From assembly GCA_964627995.1 (NCBI GenBank), contig CAZVLN010000004.1, positions 28,682 through 92,681 on the forward strand: a DNA stretch of 64,000 bases, read 5' to 3'. Source of the DNA: an uncultured Saprospiraceae bacterium (GTDB lineage: Bacteria > Bacteroidota > Bacteroidia > Chitinophagales > Saprospiraceae). Below are positions 37,209 through 46,407 of the stretch, in pieces; position 1 is the stretch's first letter; each line of letters starts with the position of its first letter. The translations under genes were made by a program, and so were the position numbers. The notes below the pieces were generated by a model that did not search any database, was not told the origin of the DNA, and saw only the letters and a list, made by a program, of their open reading frames with translations.

Positions 37209-37784
37209 ATGTCTATTATCAAATCGAAAACATTTAAATACATTAAGAACTTGATCATCGGTGTGGGTGCATCAGTTGTAATGTTGGGCGCACTTTTCAA
37301 AATCATGAGTTGGGAAGGTGGTGATACAATGATCACAGCTGGACTTGTCACAGAAGCGTTCCTATTTTTAATGTTAGGTTTAATACCTCCTGAAAAGGAC
37401 TATTATTGGGAAAAACTGTATCCAGGTCTAGATGACTATAACTCTAATATATCTTCCATTACTGCTGGAGAGGATAGTTCAAAGCCTCTGAATGGTGAAG
37501 TAGTTGAACAGCAACTAGGAGGAATGTTATCTGAATTGCAAGGCATGTCCAAGTCTTTGGGTAGTTTGAAGGCTCTGCAAGAAGTTGACTTTTCTAAGAC
37601 CAAAAAGCAGATCGAATCCATGGGAGACTATTACAGCAAAATGAATGCTGCTATGGAGGAATTAGGAGCTACTGCAGAAGACACTAAGAAATATCGTGAG
37701 CACTTAAGTTCATTAAATAAGAATTTAGGCTCTCTGAATAGTGTGTATGGTAATATGCTATCTGCCATGTCTATTAAGTCATAA
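37209..37784 (+). CDS. gldL: Gliding motility / T9SS protein GldL (PorL)
   Basis: Two N-terminal TM helices with GASVVMLGALFKIMSWEGG, typical of GldL. Sits between gldK and gldM. Confidence 0.85.
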   Translation: MSIIKSKTFKYIKNLIIGVGASVVMLGALFKIMSWEGGDTMITAGLVTEAFLFLMLGLIPPEKDYYWEKLYPGLDDYNSNISSITAGEDSSKPLNGEVVEQQLGGMLSELQGMSKSLGSLKALQEVDFSKTKKQIESMGDYYSKMNAAMEELGATAEDTKKYREHLSSLNKNLGSLNSVYGNMLSAMSIKS

Positions 37785-37840
37785 ACTTAATAGATATAAA
37801 ATAGGCTTGAACACGCATTAAATGACACAAAAAAGAAATT

Positions 37841-39376
37841 ATGGCAATTCCTAAGGAACCGAGGCAGTTAATGATTACCATCATGTATTTGGTATTAACT
37901 GCACTTCTAGCATTGAATGTTTCTGCAGAAATTTTCAATGCCTTCAAACTAGTAAATAAAGGGTTAGAGAAATCTAACGAAGTGTTAGACCGACAAAATA
38001 GTCGGATACCCGATAAAGTAAAGCAATTGGCTGAAAAAGATCCTGAAACTTATGGTGAATATGCTGACCGGGTGGATGATATAGTTAAAACGGGTGACGA
38101 ATTTGTCACTTATGTTGAAACTGTTTGGGATACTCTAGTCAGAGATGCTGGTGGATATATTGAAAAGGACGGTAAGAAGGCTTTGAAGAATAAGAAGAAC
38201 AAGGATGCTACGACTCGACTTTTAGTGGACAAAGGAAAGGGTGAAGAATTAAAAGAGAAGATTATTCAGGCACGTGCTGATTTTCTTGATTTTATTGAGC
38301 CTGAGGAGCGAGAGGCTTTCGAAAGCAAAATTGCTCTTGAGGTAGATGATAAGTCATGGAAAGAAGCTAAACAAAAAGAAAGTTGGGCAGATTTCAACTT
38401 TCGACAGATGCCAATTGGTGCTGTGCAACCTATTTTGACTAAATTTAAGAATGATGCAAAAGCTACGGAATCTGCAGTTTTAAATCATTATTTAGAGAAA
38501 GTTGGAGGTGAAGATGTGGTATTTGATAAATTTCAAGTCGTTTCTGCTCCAGAGAAATCCTATATCGTTACAGGAGATACCTATAAGTCTAATATCTTTT
38601 TAGGTGCTGCTTCTGATAATGTGGATGATTTGAGAATCGCTGTCAATGGTCGTGCGTTGAATGTAGAAGATGGAGTTGCAGAATATACGGCTAGAGCGTC
38701 AAGTACTGGAATTAAGAAGTATACAGCCTCTATTTCTTTCAAAAATCCCGTCAATGACGAAGAAACTCAAGTTGAACGACAGTTTGAATATGAGGTTGGT
38801 GAACGTTCTGTTTCTGTTTCTGCAGACAAAATGAATGTTTTTTATATTGGTGTGGACAATCCAGTTACTATTTCTGCAGCAGGTGTCTCATCAAATGAAT
38901 TAAACGTTTCTACAGGTGACGGTATTTCTATCCAAAGTAAGGGCGGAAGTTCTTATATGGTTATAGCTAAGAAGCCAGGAACGTCAACAGTAAATGTTTC
39001 AGGTGGTGGTCTGCCTCCGACATCTAAAGAATTCCGCGTAAAGCGAATTCCTGATCCAGTTCCAAAATTGAGTGGAAAGCGAGGTGGAGGTATTCCTAAT
39101 GGTGTATTTCGTGCTCAATTGGGTTTGATTGCAGATTTGGAAGACTTTGATTTTGAAGCTCGTTGCGAAATTCAAGGTTTTACTTTGGTGCGCGTAGCAC
39201 GAAGACAAGATCCCGAGTCAGCCGTGAATTCCGGGGGGCGCTTTAGTGCTGCCGCTCAGCAATTAGTCAATAAAGCCGCACCTGGTGACCGTTATTTCTT
39301 TGAAGGAATTAAAGCAAGATGCCCGGGTGATGTGGCAGGTAGAAATGTAGGAAGTATGACCTTCCTAATTCGATAA
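37841..39376 (+). CDS. gldM: Gliding motility / T9SS protein GldM (PorM)
   Basis: N-terminal PRQLMITIMYLVLTALLALNVSAEIFNAF matches the GldM signature. Length 511 aa. Confidence 0.9.
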   Translation: MAIPKEPRQLMITIMYLVLTALLALNVSAEIFNAFKLVNKGLEKSNEVLDRQNSRIPDKVKQLAEKDPETYGEYADRVDDIVKTGDEFVTYVETVWDTLVRDAGGYIEKDGKKALKNKKNKDATTRLLVDKGKGEELKEKIIQARADFLDFIEPEEREAFESKIALEVDDKSWKEAKQKESWADFNFRQMPIGAVQPILTKFKNDAKATESAVLNHYLEKVGGEDVVFDKFQVVSAPEKSYIVTGDTYKSNIFLGAASDNVDDLRIAVNGRALNVEDGVAEYTARASSTGIKKYTASISFKNPVNDEETQVERQFEYEVGERSVSVSADKMNVFYIGVDNPVTISAAGVSSNELNVSTGDGISIQSKGGSSYMVIAKKPGTSTVNVSGGGLPPTSKEFRVKRIPDPVPKLSGKRGGGIPNGVFRAQLGLIADLEDFDFEARCEIQGFTLVRVARRQDPESAVNSGGRFSAAAQQLVNKAAPGDRYFFEGIKARCPGDVAGRNVGSMTFLIR

Positions 39377-39393
39377 TTTTAGAACACAATATT

Positions 39394-40269
39394 ATGAGAA
39401 TCCTTTTATTAACGATCTTTATGAGTGTAACCGGCTTACTTCTAGCCCAGGTACCTCAAGAGGTTGATGTCATCACGGAGTCGACTACTGATTTTGAGAG
39501 GGATCAGATGTCGGAAGATAAATACATGGATGGCGTTGTAGAGCGTACTTTGTATTTAGACGCAGGTGTAATACCTTATGAGCCAGTAAGAGAGGCCGAT
39601 GTCCCTTGGGAAAAACGCATGTGGCGGGTTATTGATCTTAGAGAAAAGATTAATGCTCCTTTCACTTATCCTAATATGCCACTCATTAAAATTCTGATTG
39701 ATGCGTCTGCGAATGGTGATATAACTGTTTTTAGAAAGGATGATTTTCAAGAACCTCTTCCAATGGAAGAGTTGGAAAAGCAACTCTATCGTATCGATAC
39801 GACACGAGTGATTGATCCAGAAACCTACGAAGAAACGATTAAAGTTACGCGTTCTGATTTCAATCCGGATGACGTAAAGCGTTTTCGAATCAAAGAGATC
39901 TGGTTCTATGATAAGGAGGTTTCTCGTCTGCGTAACCGTATCTTAGGTATCTCTCCGATTAAAGATGTGTACGACGAAAATACAGGTCTATTTAAACGTG
40001 AAGAGCCTATGTTTTGGGTATACTTTCCCGCAGCGCGAGATTATCTTTCAGGATTTCAAGTTTTTAATGGAGAAAACGACGCCGCACCTCTATCGTGGGC
40101 AGACTATTTCGATATTCGTAGATTTTCAAGTTACGTTTATAAAGAAACAAACGTTCGCGACTTTCGTCTAAAAGATGTTTGGCCAGATGATAAACTTGAG
40201 CAATTATATGAATCTGAACGTATAAAGAGTGATTTATTCAATTTCGAACATGATCTTTGGTCATACTAG
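39394..40269 (+). CDS. gldN: Gliding motility / T9SS protein GldN (PorN)
   Basis: 291 aa secreted protein at the fourth position of the gldKLMN operon. Motifs ..WEKRMWRVIDLREKIN.. and ..IKEIWFYD.. are typical of GldN. Confidence 0.85.
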   Translation: MRILLLTIFMSVTGLLLAQVPQEVDVITESTTDFERDQMSEDKYMDGVVERTLYLDAGVIPYEPVREADVPWEKRMWRVIDLREKINAPFTYPNMPLIKILIDASANGDITVFRKDDFQEPLPMEELEKQLYRIDTTRVIDPETYEETIKVTRSDFNPDDVKRFRIKEIWFYDKEVSRLRNRILGISPIKDVYDENTGLFKREEPMFWVYFPAARDYLSGFQVFNGENDAAPLSWADYFDIRRFSSYVYKETNVRDFRLKDVWPDDKLEQLYESERIKSDLFNFEHDLWSY

Positions 40270-40294
40270 ATGCGATAGTTTTAATGAAATAAAT

Positions 40295-41623
40295 TTAAAG
40301 CCCGATGACTTCTTGTTCGTCGGGCTTTTTTTTGTGCCTTTCAATTATAAATCCAAGCGTCACAATTAAATACTCTAGTCCATGGAAGGTAATTTTTGTT
40401 AATGTAGTTACATCGGCATAATAAACGTAGCTAAATATGATGCTGAACGACCAGAAAAGAACAGCATAGTTATTGTAAAAAGGAAGTATAGCTATTACAG
40501 GAATCAAGTACCATGGATGAATGGTTGTTGAGCATAGGAGATATATCAACCAAATGTGAATCATAGTTTTAGGAGTACCCTTTTTAGGCTTGTCTGATGA
40601 ACTTATATATAACCTGAGTATCAATACTGCTGCTATTACTTGTAGCCCCGGACCGACGATTGCAATAGGGTTATAACCAGTGTAAAGAGATAGTAAGCTC
40701 CTTGTAATTATATATACTGATCCATTAAATTCAAAAGTTTGGTAATATAATAGGACACTTTTTAAAAAGTTACTCCCCATTTCCAAATTCCACCAGAGCG
40801 GAAAGAAAATAAAACCTAGAATCGTTAATAGGTATATAGCTTGCTTCCAGGAGAAATTTGTTCTGGAGCTGGTTAATAGAGGAGGTAGTAGAATGACAGG
40901 TGATATTTTTGAAGCTATAGCTAGGATGGAGCCTGATAAAGATGCCCAATGGGCTTTTCCCTTTACCAATAATAGTATGAGCCCTGCAGCTACAAATAGC
41001 TCAGCATGTAAATTGCCCATAAGTTCTATGATAACTAAGGGATTTAATGCATACAATAGCCAATTATCTTTTTCTTTCAGGCCGCGATATAATAGAATTA
41101 AAACGATCAACTCCAGGAAAAAAAATTGAAAGCGTAAGCCCCGAACGAAACCCGGTAAACTTCCATCCGATAAATTCCATGCAAGTTTATAATGCCACTG
41201 TAAAAATGGGGGATAAACGGAGTAATAGGTAGGACTATTTAATTGATCGTATACATCAAATGATATCAATTCTGGGCGTTTTTCCTTAACCTCTGTGGGT
41301 GTATATGCATATACTGACTCTTCTGTATCTGTTATTTGCGCATCCCAAAAAAATCGGTAATAGTCATCGCTGAGTTGAGGGCTTGCAAAAAAGCTAACAA
41401 GTCGTACAAGAACAACCAGTAACCATATCCATTTTATAAACTTCCTGGGTAATAACTTATATAGGCCTAAATAACTACTAAAGGCCAAACTAAATAGAGC
41501 TATAAGCAAATAGAAATCTTCCTGCTGGACAAAGAGAAGAATGCTACTTGTTGCAACGAAGAAAACAATGGATAAAAGTAGACTCAAAAACCTTTTTGGT
41601 AATTCCCAGCTCATTTTTGCCAT
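40295..41623 (-). CDS. Polytopic membrane glycosyltransferase, GT-C-like (DUF2029/PIG-M-like)
   Basis: More than 10 hydrophobic helices. The first loop carries an acidic motif SPQLSDDYYRFFWDAQ, typical of GT-C enzymes that use polyprenyl-phosphate sugars. An alternative ATG at 41614 forms an ATGA overlap with the upstream stop. Confidence 0.55.
   Translation of the reverse strand: MAKMSWELPKRFLSLLLSIVFFVATSSILLFVQQEDFYLLIALFSLAFSSYLGLYKLLPRKFIKWIWLLVVLVRLVSFFASPQLSDDYYRFFWDAQITDTEESVYAYTPTEVKEKRPELISFDVYDQLNSPTYYSVYPPFLQWHYKLAWNLSDGSLPGFVRGLRFQFFFLELIVLILLYRGLKEKDNWLLYALNPLVIIELMGNLHAELFVAAGLILLLVKGKAHWASLSGSILAIASKISPVILLPPLLTSSRTNFSWKQAIYLLTILGFIFFPLWWNLEMGSNFLKSVLLYYQTFEFNGSVYIITRSLLSLYTGYNPIAIVGPGLQVIAAVLILRLYISSSDKPKKGTPKTMIHIWLIYLLCSTTIHPWYLIPVIAILPFYNNYAVLFWSFSIIFSYVYYADVTTLTKITFHGLEYLIVTLGFIIERHKKKPDEQEVIGL
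40297..40333. terminator. Bidirectional intrinsic terminator hairpin downstream of gldN
   Basis: Perfect 9-bp stem aaagcccga 40297-40305 / tcgggcttt 40320-40328, extended by about 3 inner pairs. A run of 8 T follows (40326-33) on the plus strand and an A-run precedes it. It starts 28 nt after the gldN stop. Confidence 0.7.
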
Positions 41624-43095
41624 GCATGTTTAATAGAGAAAAAGGCGATGCCCCCAAAACCTAAAGCCAATAAAATATGAAAAAGGAAAAATGCTCGGTA
41701 TCCAATTGACCAGCCATAAATTGACGCACTTAAAAACACAATGGCAAGTATAAGTTCAAACCATGTCGAGCAGGGGATACGTTTGCCTAAATAGGTATGC
41801 CCAGTGAAACTATCACCGCGTTTTCGAATATTATATTTTGGTGTGCGAACAAATGATGTTTGTTTGCCCCGAAAGCCATCCCAAACTGCAATGCTATTGT
41901 GGAGGGATAGTCCCATGGATAGCGCTAAAAAAAGAGGGAATAGAAAGAAAAACTCAATGGTCTTTTGAATGCGCGCTCCGATGCTTTGTTTTTGTTGCAT
42001 GACATTGGCAGAATAGTATACGATAATTATGCTGAGGGTAGCTCCAAGGAATATGGCTAAAAAATTAGCGGAAATACCTATAGATGACATAAAAAACAAC
42101 ATGGGTATACTGAACACTGCACTAATAAAGATGAGTAAGAAAATACTACTCGACAATAAGTGCATGCTACCCAGGATTTTTTTTGTAGGATTTTCTGAAC
42201 TTCTCCATAGTTGGGGCATTATTTTGACGGCGGTTTCTGCCCCCCCTTTCATCCATCGATATTGTTGTGATTTTAATCCATTCATTTCTACGGGCAGCTC
42301 AGCAGGACAGCCAACTTGATTTAGGTACACAATCTGCCAGCCATGCATTTGTGCTCGGTATGACAGGTCCAAATCCTCAGTCAAGGTATCTGCTTGCCAA
42401 TTTCCGGCATTTATAATCGTCTCTTTTCGCCAAATTCCAGCAGTACCGTTAAATTGCAGATAGTACTCTCCACGAAAGCGACCGCTTTGTTCAATCATGA
42501 AGTGAACATTCAACTGAAAGGCTTGTAGCCTGGTTATAAGGGAATAGTCTTCATTAATATGCATCCAGCGCCCCTGAACAACACCCACTTTTTCTTGTGT
42601 AAAATGAGGTAGAGAAGTCTGTAAAAAGCCTTTGGGCGGAATAAAGTCAGCATCAAATATGGCAATAAACTCCCCTTTTGCCGATGATAAAGCTTCTCGA
42701 AGCGCACCTGCTTTATATCCCTTCCTGTCCTTTCGGTGCACAAGCTCAATATCATATCCTTGTTTTTGATAATGTGTAATTGTCTCGATACTTATGTCAA
42801 GCGTTTTATCTGTAGAGTCGTCCAATACCTGGATGTGTAATTTATCCAAAGGGTAGTCGAGCTGGCAGCAATGCTTGATAATTCGACGAGCTACATGCAT
42901 TTCGTTGAATATAGGGAGTTGAATGGTGACCACCGGAAATGAGCCACTAAGCTGTTTAAGATTCTGAGGAAGCTTTTTTTTACCAAAATGGTGTTTCCAA
43001 TAAAGGTGGAGTTGAAATAGACAATAAATTAGGATGAATAGCAGTATCAAACAGTACAAAATAATTATGGAATAGCCGATGAGATTAATAATCAT
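41611..43095 (-). CDS. Processive family-2 glycosyltransferase (CslA / NodC / monoglucosyl-DAG-synthase-like) with C-terminal TM helices
   Basis: D,D,D,QxxRW set: VLDDSTD, IFDADF, TEDLDLSYR, SQQYRWMKG. N-terminal TM and about 4 C-terminal TMs. ATG at 43095 forms an ATGA overlap with the upstream gene stop. The ORF extends to 43119. Confidence 0.8.
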   Translation of the reverse strand: MIINLIGYSIIILYCLILLFILIYCLFQLHLYWKHHFGKKKLPQNLKQLSGSFPVVTIQLPIFNEMHVARRIIKHCCQLDYPLDKLHIQVLDDSTDKTLDISIETITHYQKQGYDIELVHRKDRKGYKAGALREALSSAKGEFIAIFDADFIPPKGFLQTSLPHFTQEKVGVVQGRWMHINEDYSLITRLQAFQLNVHFMIEQSGRFRGEYYLQFNGTAGIWRKETIINAGNWQADTLTEDLDLSYRAQMHGWQIVYLNQVGCPAELPVEMNGLKSQQYRWMKGGAETAVKIMPQLWRSSENPTKKILGSMHLLSSSIFLLIFISAVFSIPMLFFMSSIGISANFLAIFLGATLSIIIVYYSANVMQQKQSIGARIQKTIEFFFLFPLFLALSMGLSLHNSIAVWDGFRGKQTSFVRTPKYNIRKRGDSFTGHTYLGKRIPCSTWFELILAIVFLSASIYGWSIGYRAFFLFHILLALGFGGIAFFSIKHAWQK

Positions 43096-43826
43096 TTGCG
43101 CTTCATTATACCATACCAAAAAATGAGAGCTAATATTTTTGTACCTGCACCTAAGACTCCCCTAACTGTCCCACTCACTTTTGAAACACCTATTCTTTTT
43201 CTATATGAAACGGGGATCTCCTTACAGCTCAGCCCTAGCTGAGCGGCTTTAATTTGCATTTCAACGGTCCATCCATAATTCGTGTCCTGCATATTCATTT
43301 TTTTCAAACTGGAGTAACGCACCGCACGGAAAGGTCCCAAATCAGTAAAGGATACATGGAAAAGGTGTCTTATCAAATATGTAGCTAATCGATTTCCAAA
43401 CTGCTGGGGGATGGTGAGTGCCCCCTTTTCCGTCTTGCCCAATACTCTCGAACCAATGACTAAATCAGCGCTCGATTCAATAAGTGGCATAACCAAATTG
43501 GGAAGTTCTTCAGGAAAATCTGAATAATCCGCGTCCAAAAATACAATATAATCTGGATCAGGATCACTACTGGCTATAAACTCTAAGGCTTTTAAGCATG
43601 CCTGGCCATATCCTTTCCTATGTTCTGTAACCACTTGAGCTCCTCTTGATTTCGCCGCTTCAGCTGTATCATCACTGCTGCCATTATCACATACCACTAT
43701 TTGACGAATAATGGAATGTGGCAAGTCATCGATGACGTGCCCAACGGCATTTTCTTCATTAAATGCAGGGATCACCACATCAATTATTTTCTTGTCAAAA
43801 GCTCTGGATTCTAGGCCTTGAGTCAT
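43092..43826 (-). CDS. Small family-2 glycosyltransferase (DPM1 / polyprenyl-phosphate sugar synthase-like)
   Basis: VVIPAFNEE, CDNGSSDDT and FLDADYSD motifs. 244 aa, soluble. Confidence 0.7.
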   Translation of the reverse strand: MTQGLESRAFDKKIIDVVIPAFNEENAVGHVIDDLPHSIIRQIVVCDNGSSDDTAEAAKSRGAQVVTEHRKGYGQACLKALEFIASSDPDPDYIVFLDADYSDFPEELPNLVMPLIESSADLVIGSRVLGKTEKGALTIPQQFGNRLATYLIRHLFHVSFTDLGPFRAVRYSSLKKMNMQDTNYGWTVEMQIKAAQLGLSCKEIPVSYRKRIGVSKVSGTVRGVLGAGTKILALIFWYGIMKRK

Positions 43827-43857
43827 ACGACTTGTTTACGTTCTTAGGATCTAATAC

Positions 43858-45144
43858 TTACAAACGAGATTTTGGGGCCCGAAGAACAGCGAGTAAGAAA
43901 AAGCCAATCAAAAAGTAAATACTGAGCAGCAATAATCCACTCCGCATGCTTCCGCTGTACTGATCCAAAAGGGCAAAAGTAAAAGTGCCAATTACAATTG
44001 CTACTTTTTCTACCAAATCATAAAAACTGAAATAAGAACTCACATTTTTTTCACCCTCTTTCATGAGCTTGGAATATGTACTCCTCGACTGAGATTGGAT
44101 TCCACCCATAACGAGTCCGACAAAGCAGGCGAGGATATAGAATGACTGTTTCTCTTGTAAATAATATCCACTAATGCAAATACAAATCCATATAGCGATC
44201 ATCGTCATTAAGCCGGCTTGGTTTCCCCACTTTTTAGATAAATAGGCAAACAAGTAGGCTCCCGCCGTGGCGAGCATTTGCAACAACAAAATCAATAGAA
44301 TGAGCTCACTGGCATTTAAGCCTAGCTCTTTCTCGCCAAATGTTGACGCTACGAATAAGACGGTTTGCACCCCCGCGCTATAAAAGAAAAAAGCAAGTAA
44401 AAACCGCAAGATGAATCCTTGTTGAGCGACCTCGCGGGTAACGTGTAATATTTCTCGATACCCCGAGATTATCGTTTTCATCTGAATAGGGGTTGATTGG
44501 TCAGGAGGCAGTCCTCTTATACTATAATAGCCAAAACCTATCCACCAGAGCCCTACCATGACAAAACTCACCCGAGAAGCGGCTGCCCCATCGGCTAGAC
44601 CTACCGTTTCTGGGTATTGAATCAAGACCAAATTTATGATGAGTAATATCACACTGCCGATATACCCGTATGCAAACCCCATGGCGCTAACCTTATTATA
44701 TTTTTCTTTTACAGTGATAATGGGTAAAAAGGAATTATAGAAAACTAGTCCTCCTGCAAAGCCTATAATACCAAGCATGAAAAATACAATAGCAATCAGC
44801 CATCCATCGGGAGTGGTAAATCCGGCTAATCCAATACATGATAGCCCACCCAGAATTGTAAAAAAATGCAAAAAAGATCGGCGTCTGCCAGCATAGTCTG
44901 CTACACCCGAAAAAAATGGTGAGCTGAAAGCTATCAAGAGGTAAGCTAAAGAGATAGAGTACGTATATACAGAACTATTGGTAAATTCAAAGCCAAATAT
45001 TCGAAGTATATCAGGGCTTAGACTTGAAAAATATACTGGAAAAATTGCAACCGTAATGACCAGAGCAAAAGCGCTATTTGCCCAATCAAAAAAGGCCCAT
45101 GAACGAATTACCTTATTATATGGAGCTCTTACTTTTCCAAACAT
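43858..45144 (-). CDS. MFS transporter, UMF1/Atg22-like family
   Basis: N-terminal SWAFFDWANSAFALVITVAIFPVYF is characteristic of the UMF1/Atg22 group. About 12 TM helices. Confidence 0.75.
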   Translation of the reverse strand: MFGKVRAPYNKVIRSWAFFDWANSAFALVITVAIFPVYFSSLSPDILRIFGFEFTNSSVYTYSISLAYLLIAFSSPFFSGVADYAGRRRSFLHFFTILGGLSCIGLAGFTTPDGWLIAIVFFMLGIIGFAGGLVFYNSFLPIITVKEKYNKVSAMGFAYGYIGSVILLIINLVLIQYPETVGLADGAAASRVSFVMVGLWWIGFGYYSIRGLPPDQSTPIQMKTIISGYREILHVTREVAQQGFILRFLLAFFFYSAGVQTVLFVASTFGEKELGLNASELILLILLLQMLATAGAYLFAYLSKKWGNQAGLMTMIAIWICICISGYYLQEKQSFYILACFVGLVMGGIQSQSRSTYSKLMKEGEKNVSSYFSFYDLVEKVAIVIGTFTFALLDQYSGSMRSGLLLLSIYFLIGFFLLAVLRAPKSRL

Positions 45145-45180
45145 TGAGTAAATGTAAGGGATTTAAACTGATTTTTTTTG

Positions 45181-45394
45181 GGGGTCCCATCCCTGCTTCG
45201 CAGTTATGGGCGCTACGTTTTGGAGCTGGTCGGCCCTCGCCGATACGATTATTTTCTACACATAATATAATCATACAGTTAATGAAAGAATCGGGGTCTG
45301 GCTCGGGCTGCTTGCCTGCCGGCTGCGCACTCCGTCACATCGCTACCCCGGCCGAATCTTCCCAAATAATTTAAAGTCACCTATCGGCGGCCTC
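45181..45394. repeat. Copy or copies of the G+C-rich structured repeat family, interrupted by an AT-rich insert
   Basis: ggtcggcc at 45228-45235 and tcggggtctggctcgggctgcttgcc at 45291-45316. Closing inverted repeat ggccctcgccgata / tatcggcggcc (about 45232-45245 with 45383-45393). Confidence 0.5.
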
Positions 45395-45504
45395 TAAGCT
45401 CGTTTCTCCCTTCATAATATTTTATATCTTTAAGATTTACACCCATTGATGACCTCAAGTATACGTATGAAAGGTTCTCTTTTAATCACGAGTTATTATC
45501 AAAA

Positions 45505-46377
45505 ATGAATATTGTTATTCTTTCAAGAAGTAGAGAGTTATATTCTACTCAGGCTCTCGTGAAGGCAGCTCGTCGACGTGGACATCATATTAAGGTGTTG
45601 GATCACATGCGAGTAGATATTTCATTGAATGAACGGCAAAATAAGTTATTCTATCTCAGGCAACATGTCAGAGGTGTTCAGGGGCTAATCCCTCGTATAG
45701 GTGCGAGTGCAACCAATTATGGCGTTTTAGTCATCCGGCACTTTATTCAACAAGGGGTATTCTCCGTTCTCCAACCGGAAGCTTTATTACGCGCTAGAAA
45801 TAAGTTCGCCTGCCTTCAAGTATTGGCTCATCACGGAGTACCTATTCCCGAAACTATTATTTCCGCGGCGGGCCTATCTGGAAAAGATATTTTTGATATT
45901 CTAGGAGCACCACCCTATATCATAAAACTACTGGAGTCTACGCACGGAAATGGAGTGATTAAAGTGAATTCGGTTCCGAATGCCGCAGCTTTATTAGGGC
46001 AATTTATTCAATCTAATAAACGTACGATCATTCAGAAGTATATAAAAGAATCTAAAGGGGAAGATATTCGAGTGTTTATCGTCGGCAATGAAATCGTCGC
46101 CTCCATGAGGCGGGTTCCGGCACCTGGTGAGTTTAGATCCAATTTGCATCGAGGAGGGGTGGGGTTTAAAGTAAAACTTTCCGAAGAAGAAAAGAAAATC
46201 AGCCTTAAGGCTGTGAAATTGATGGGACTAAATATTGCAGGCGTCGATCTATTGCGCTCGAATCAAGGTCCTAAGGTTTTGGAAGTTAATGCTTCTCCTG
46301 GCCTGGAAGGTATTGAAACTGTAACTCGTGTAGATGTGTCTGGAAAAATTATTGAATTTTTGGAGCAAAGCATTTAA
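45505..46377 (+). CDS. rimK: RimK-family ATP-grasp alpha-L-glutamate ligase
   Basis: 290 aa ATP-grasp protein. ..IIKLLESTHGNGV.., ..EDIRVFIVGNEIVASMRR.., ..FRSNLHRGG.. and ..AGVDLL..GPKVLEVNASPG.. match RimK. Confidence 0.85.
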   Translation: MNIVILSRSRELYSTQALVKAARRRGHHIKVLDHMRVDISLNERQNKLFYLRQHVRGVQGLIPRIGASATNYGVLVIRHFIQQGVFSVLQPEALLRARNKFACLQVLAHHGVPIPETIISAAGLSGKDIFDILGAPPYIIKLLESTHGNGVIKVNSVPNAAALLGQFIQSNKRTIIQKYIKESKGEDIRVFIVGNEIVASMRRVPAPGEFRSNLHRGGVGFKVKLSEEEKKISLKAVKLMGLNIAGVDLLRSNQGPKVLEVNASPGLEGIETVTRVDVSGKIIEFLEQSI

Positions 46378-46407
46378 AAAGGTAACTAATACCGTAATAA
46401 AGGCATT

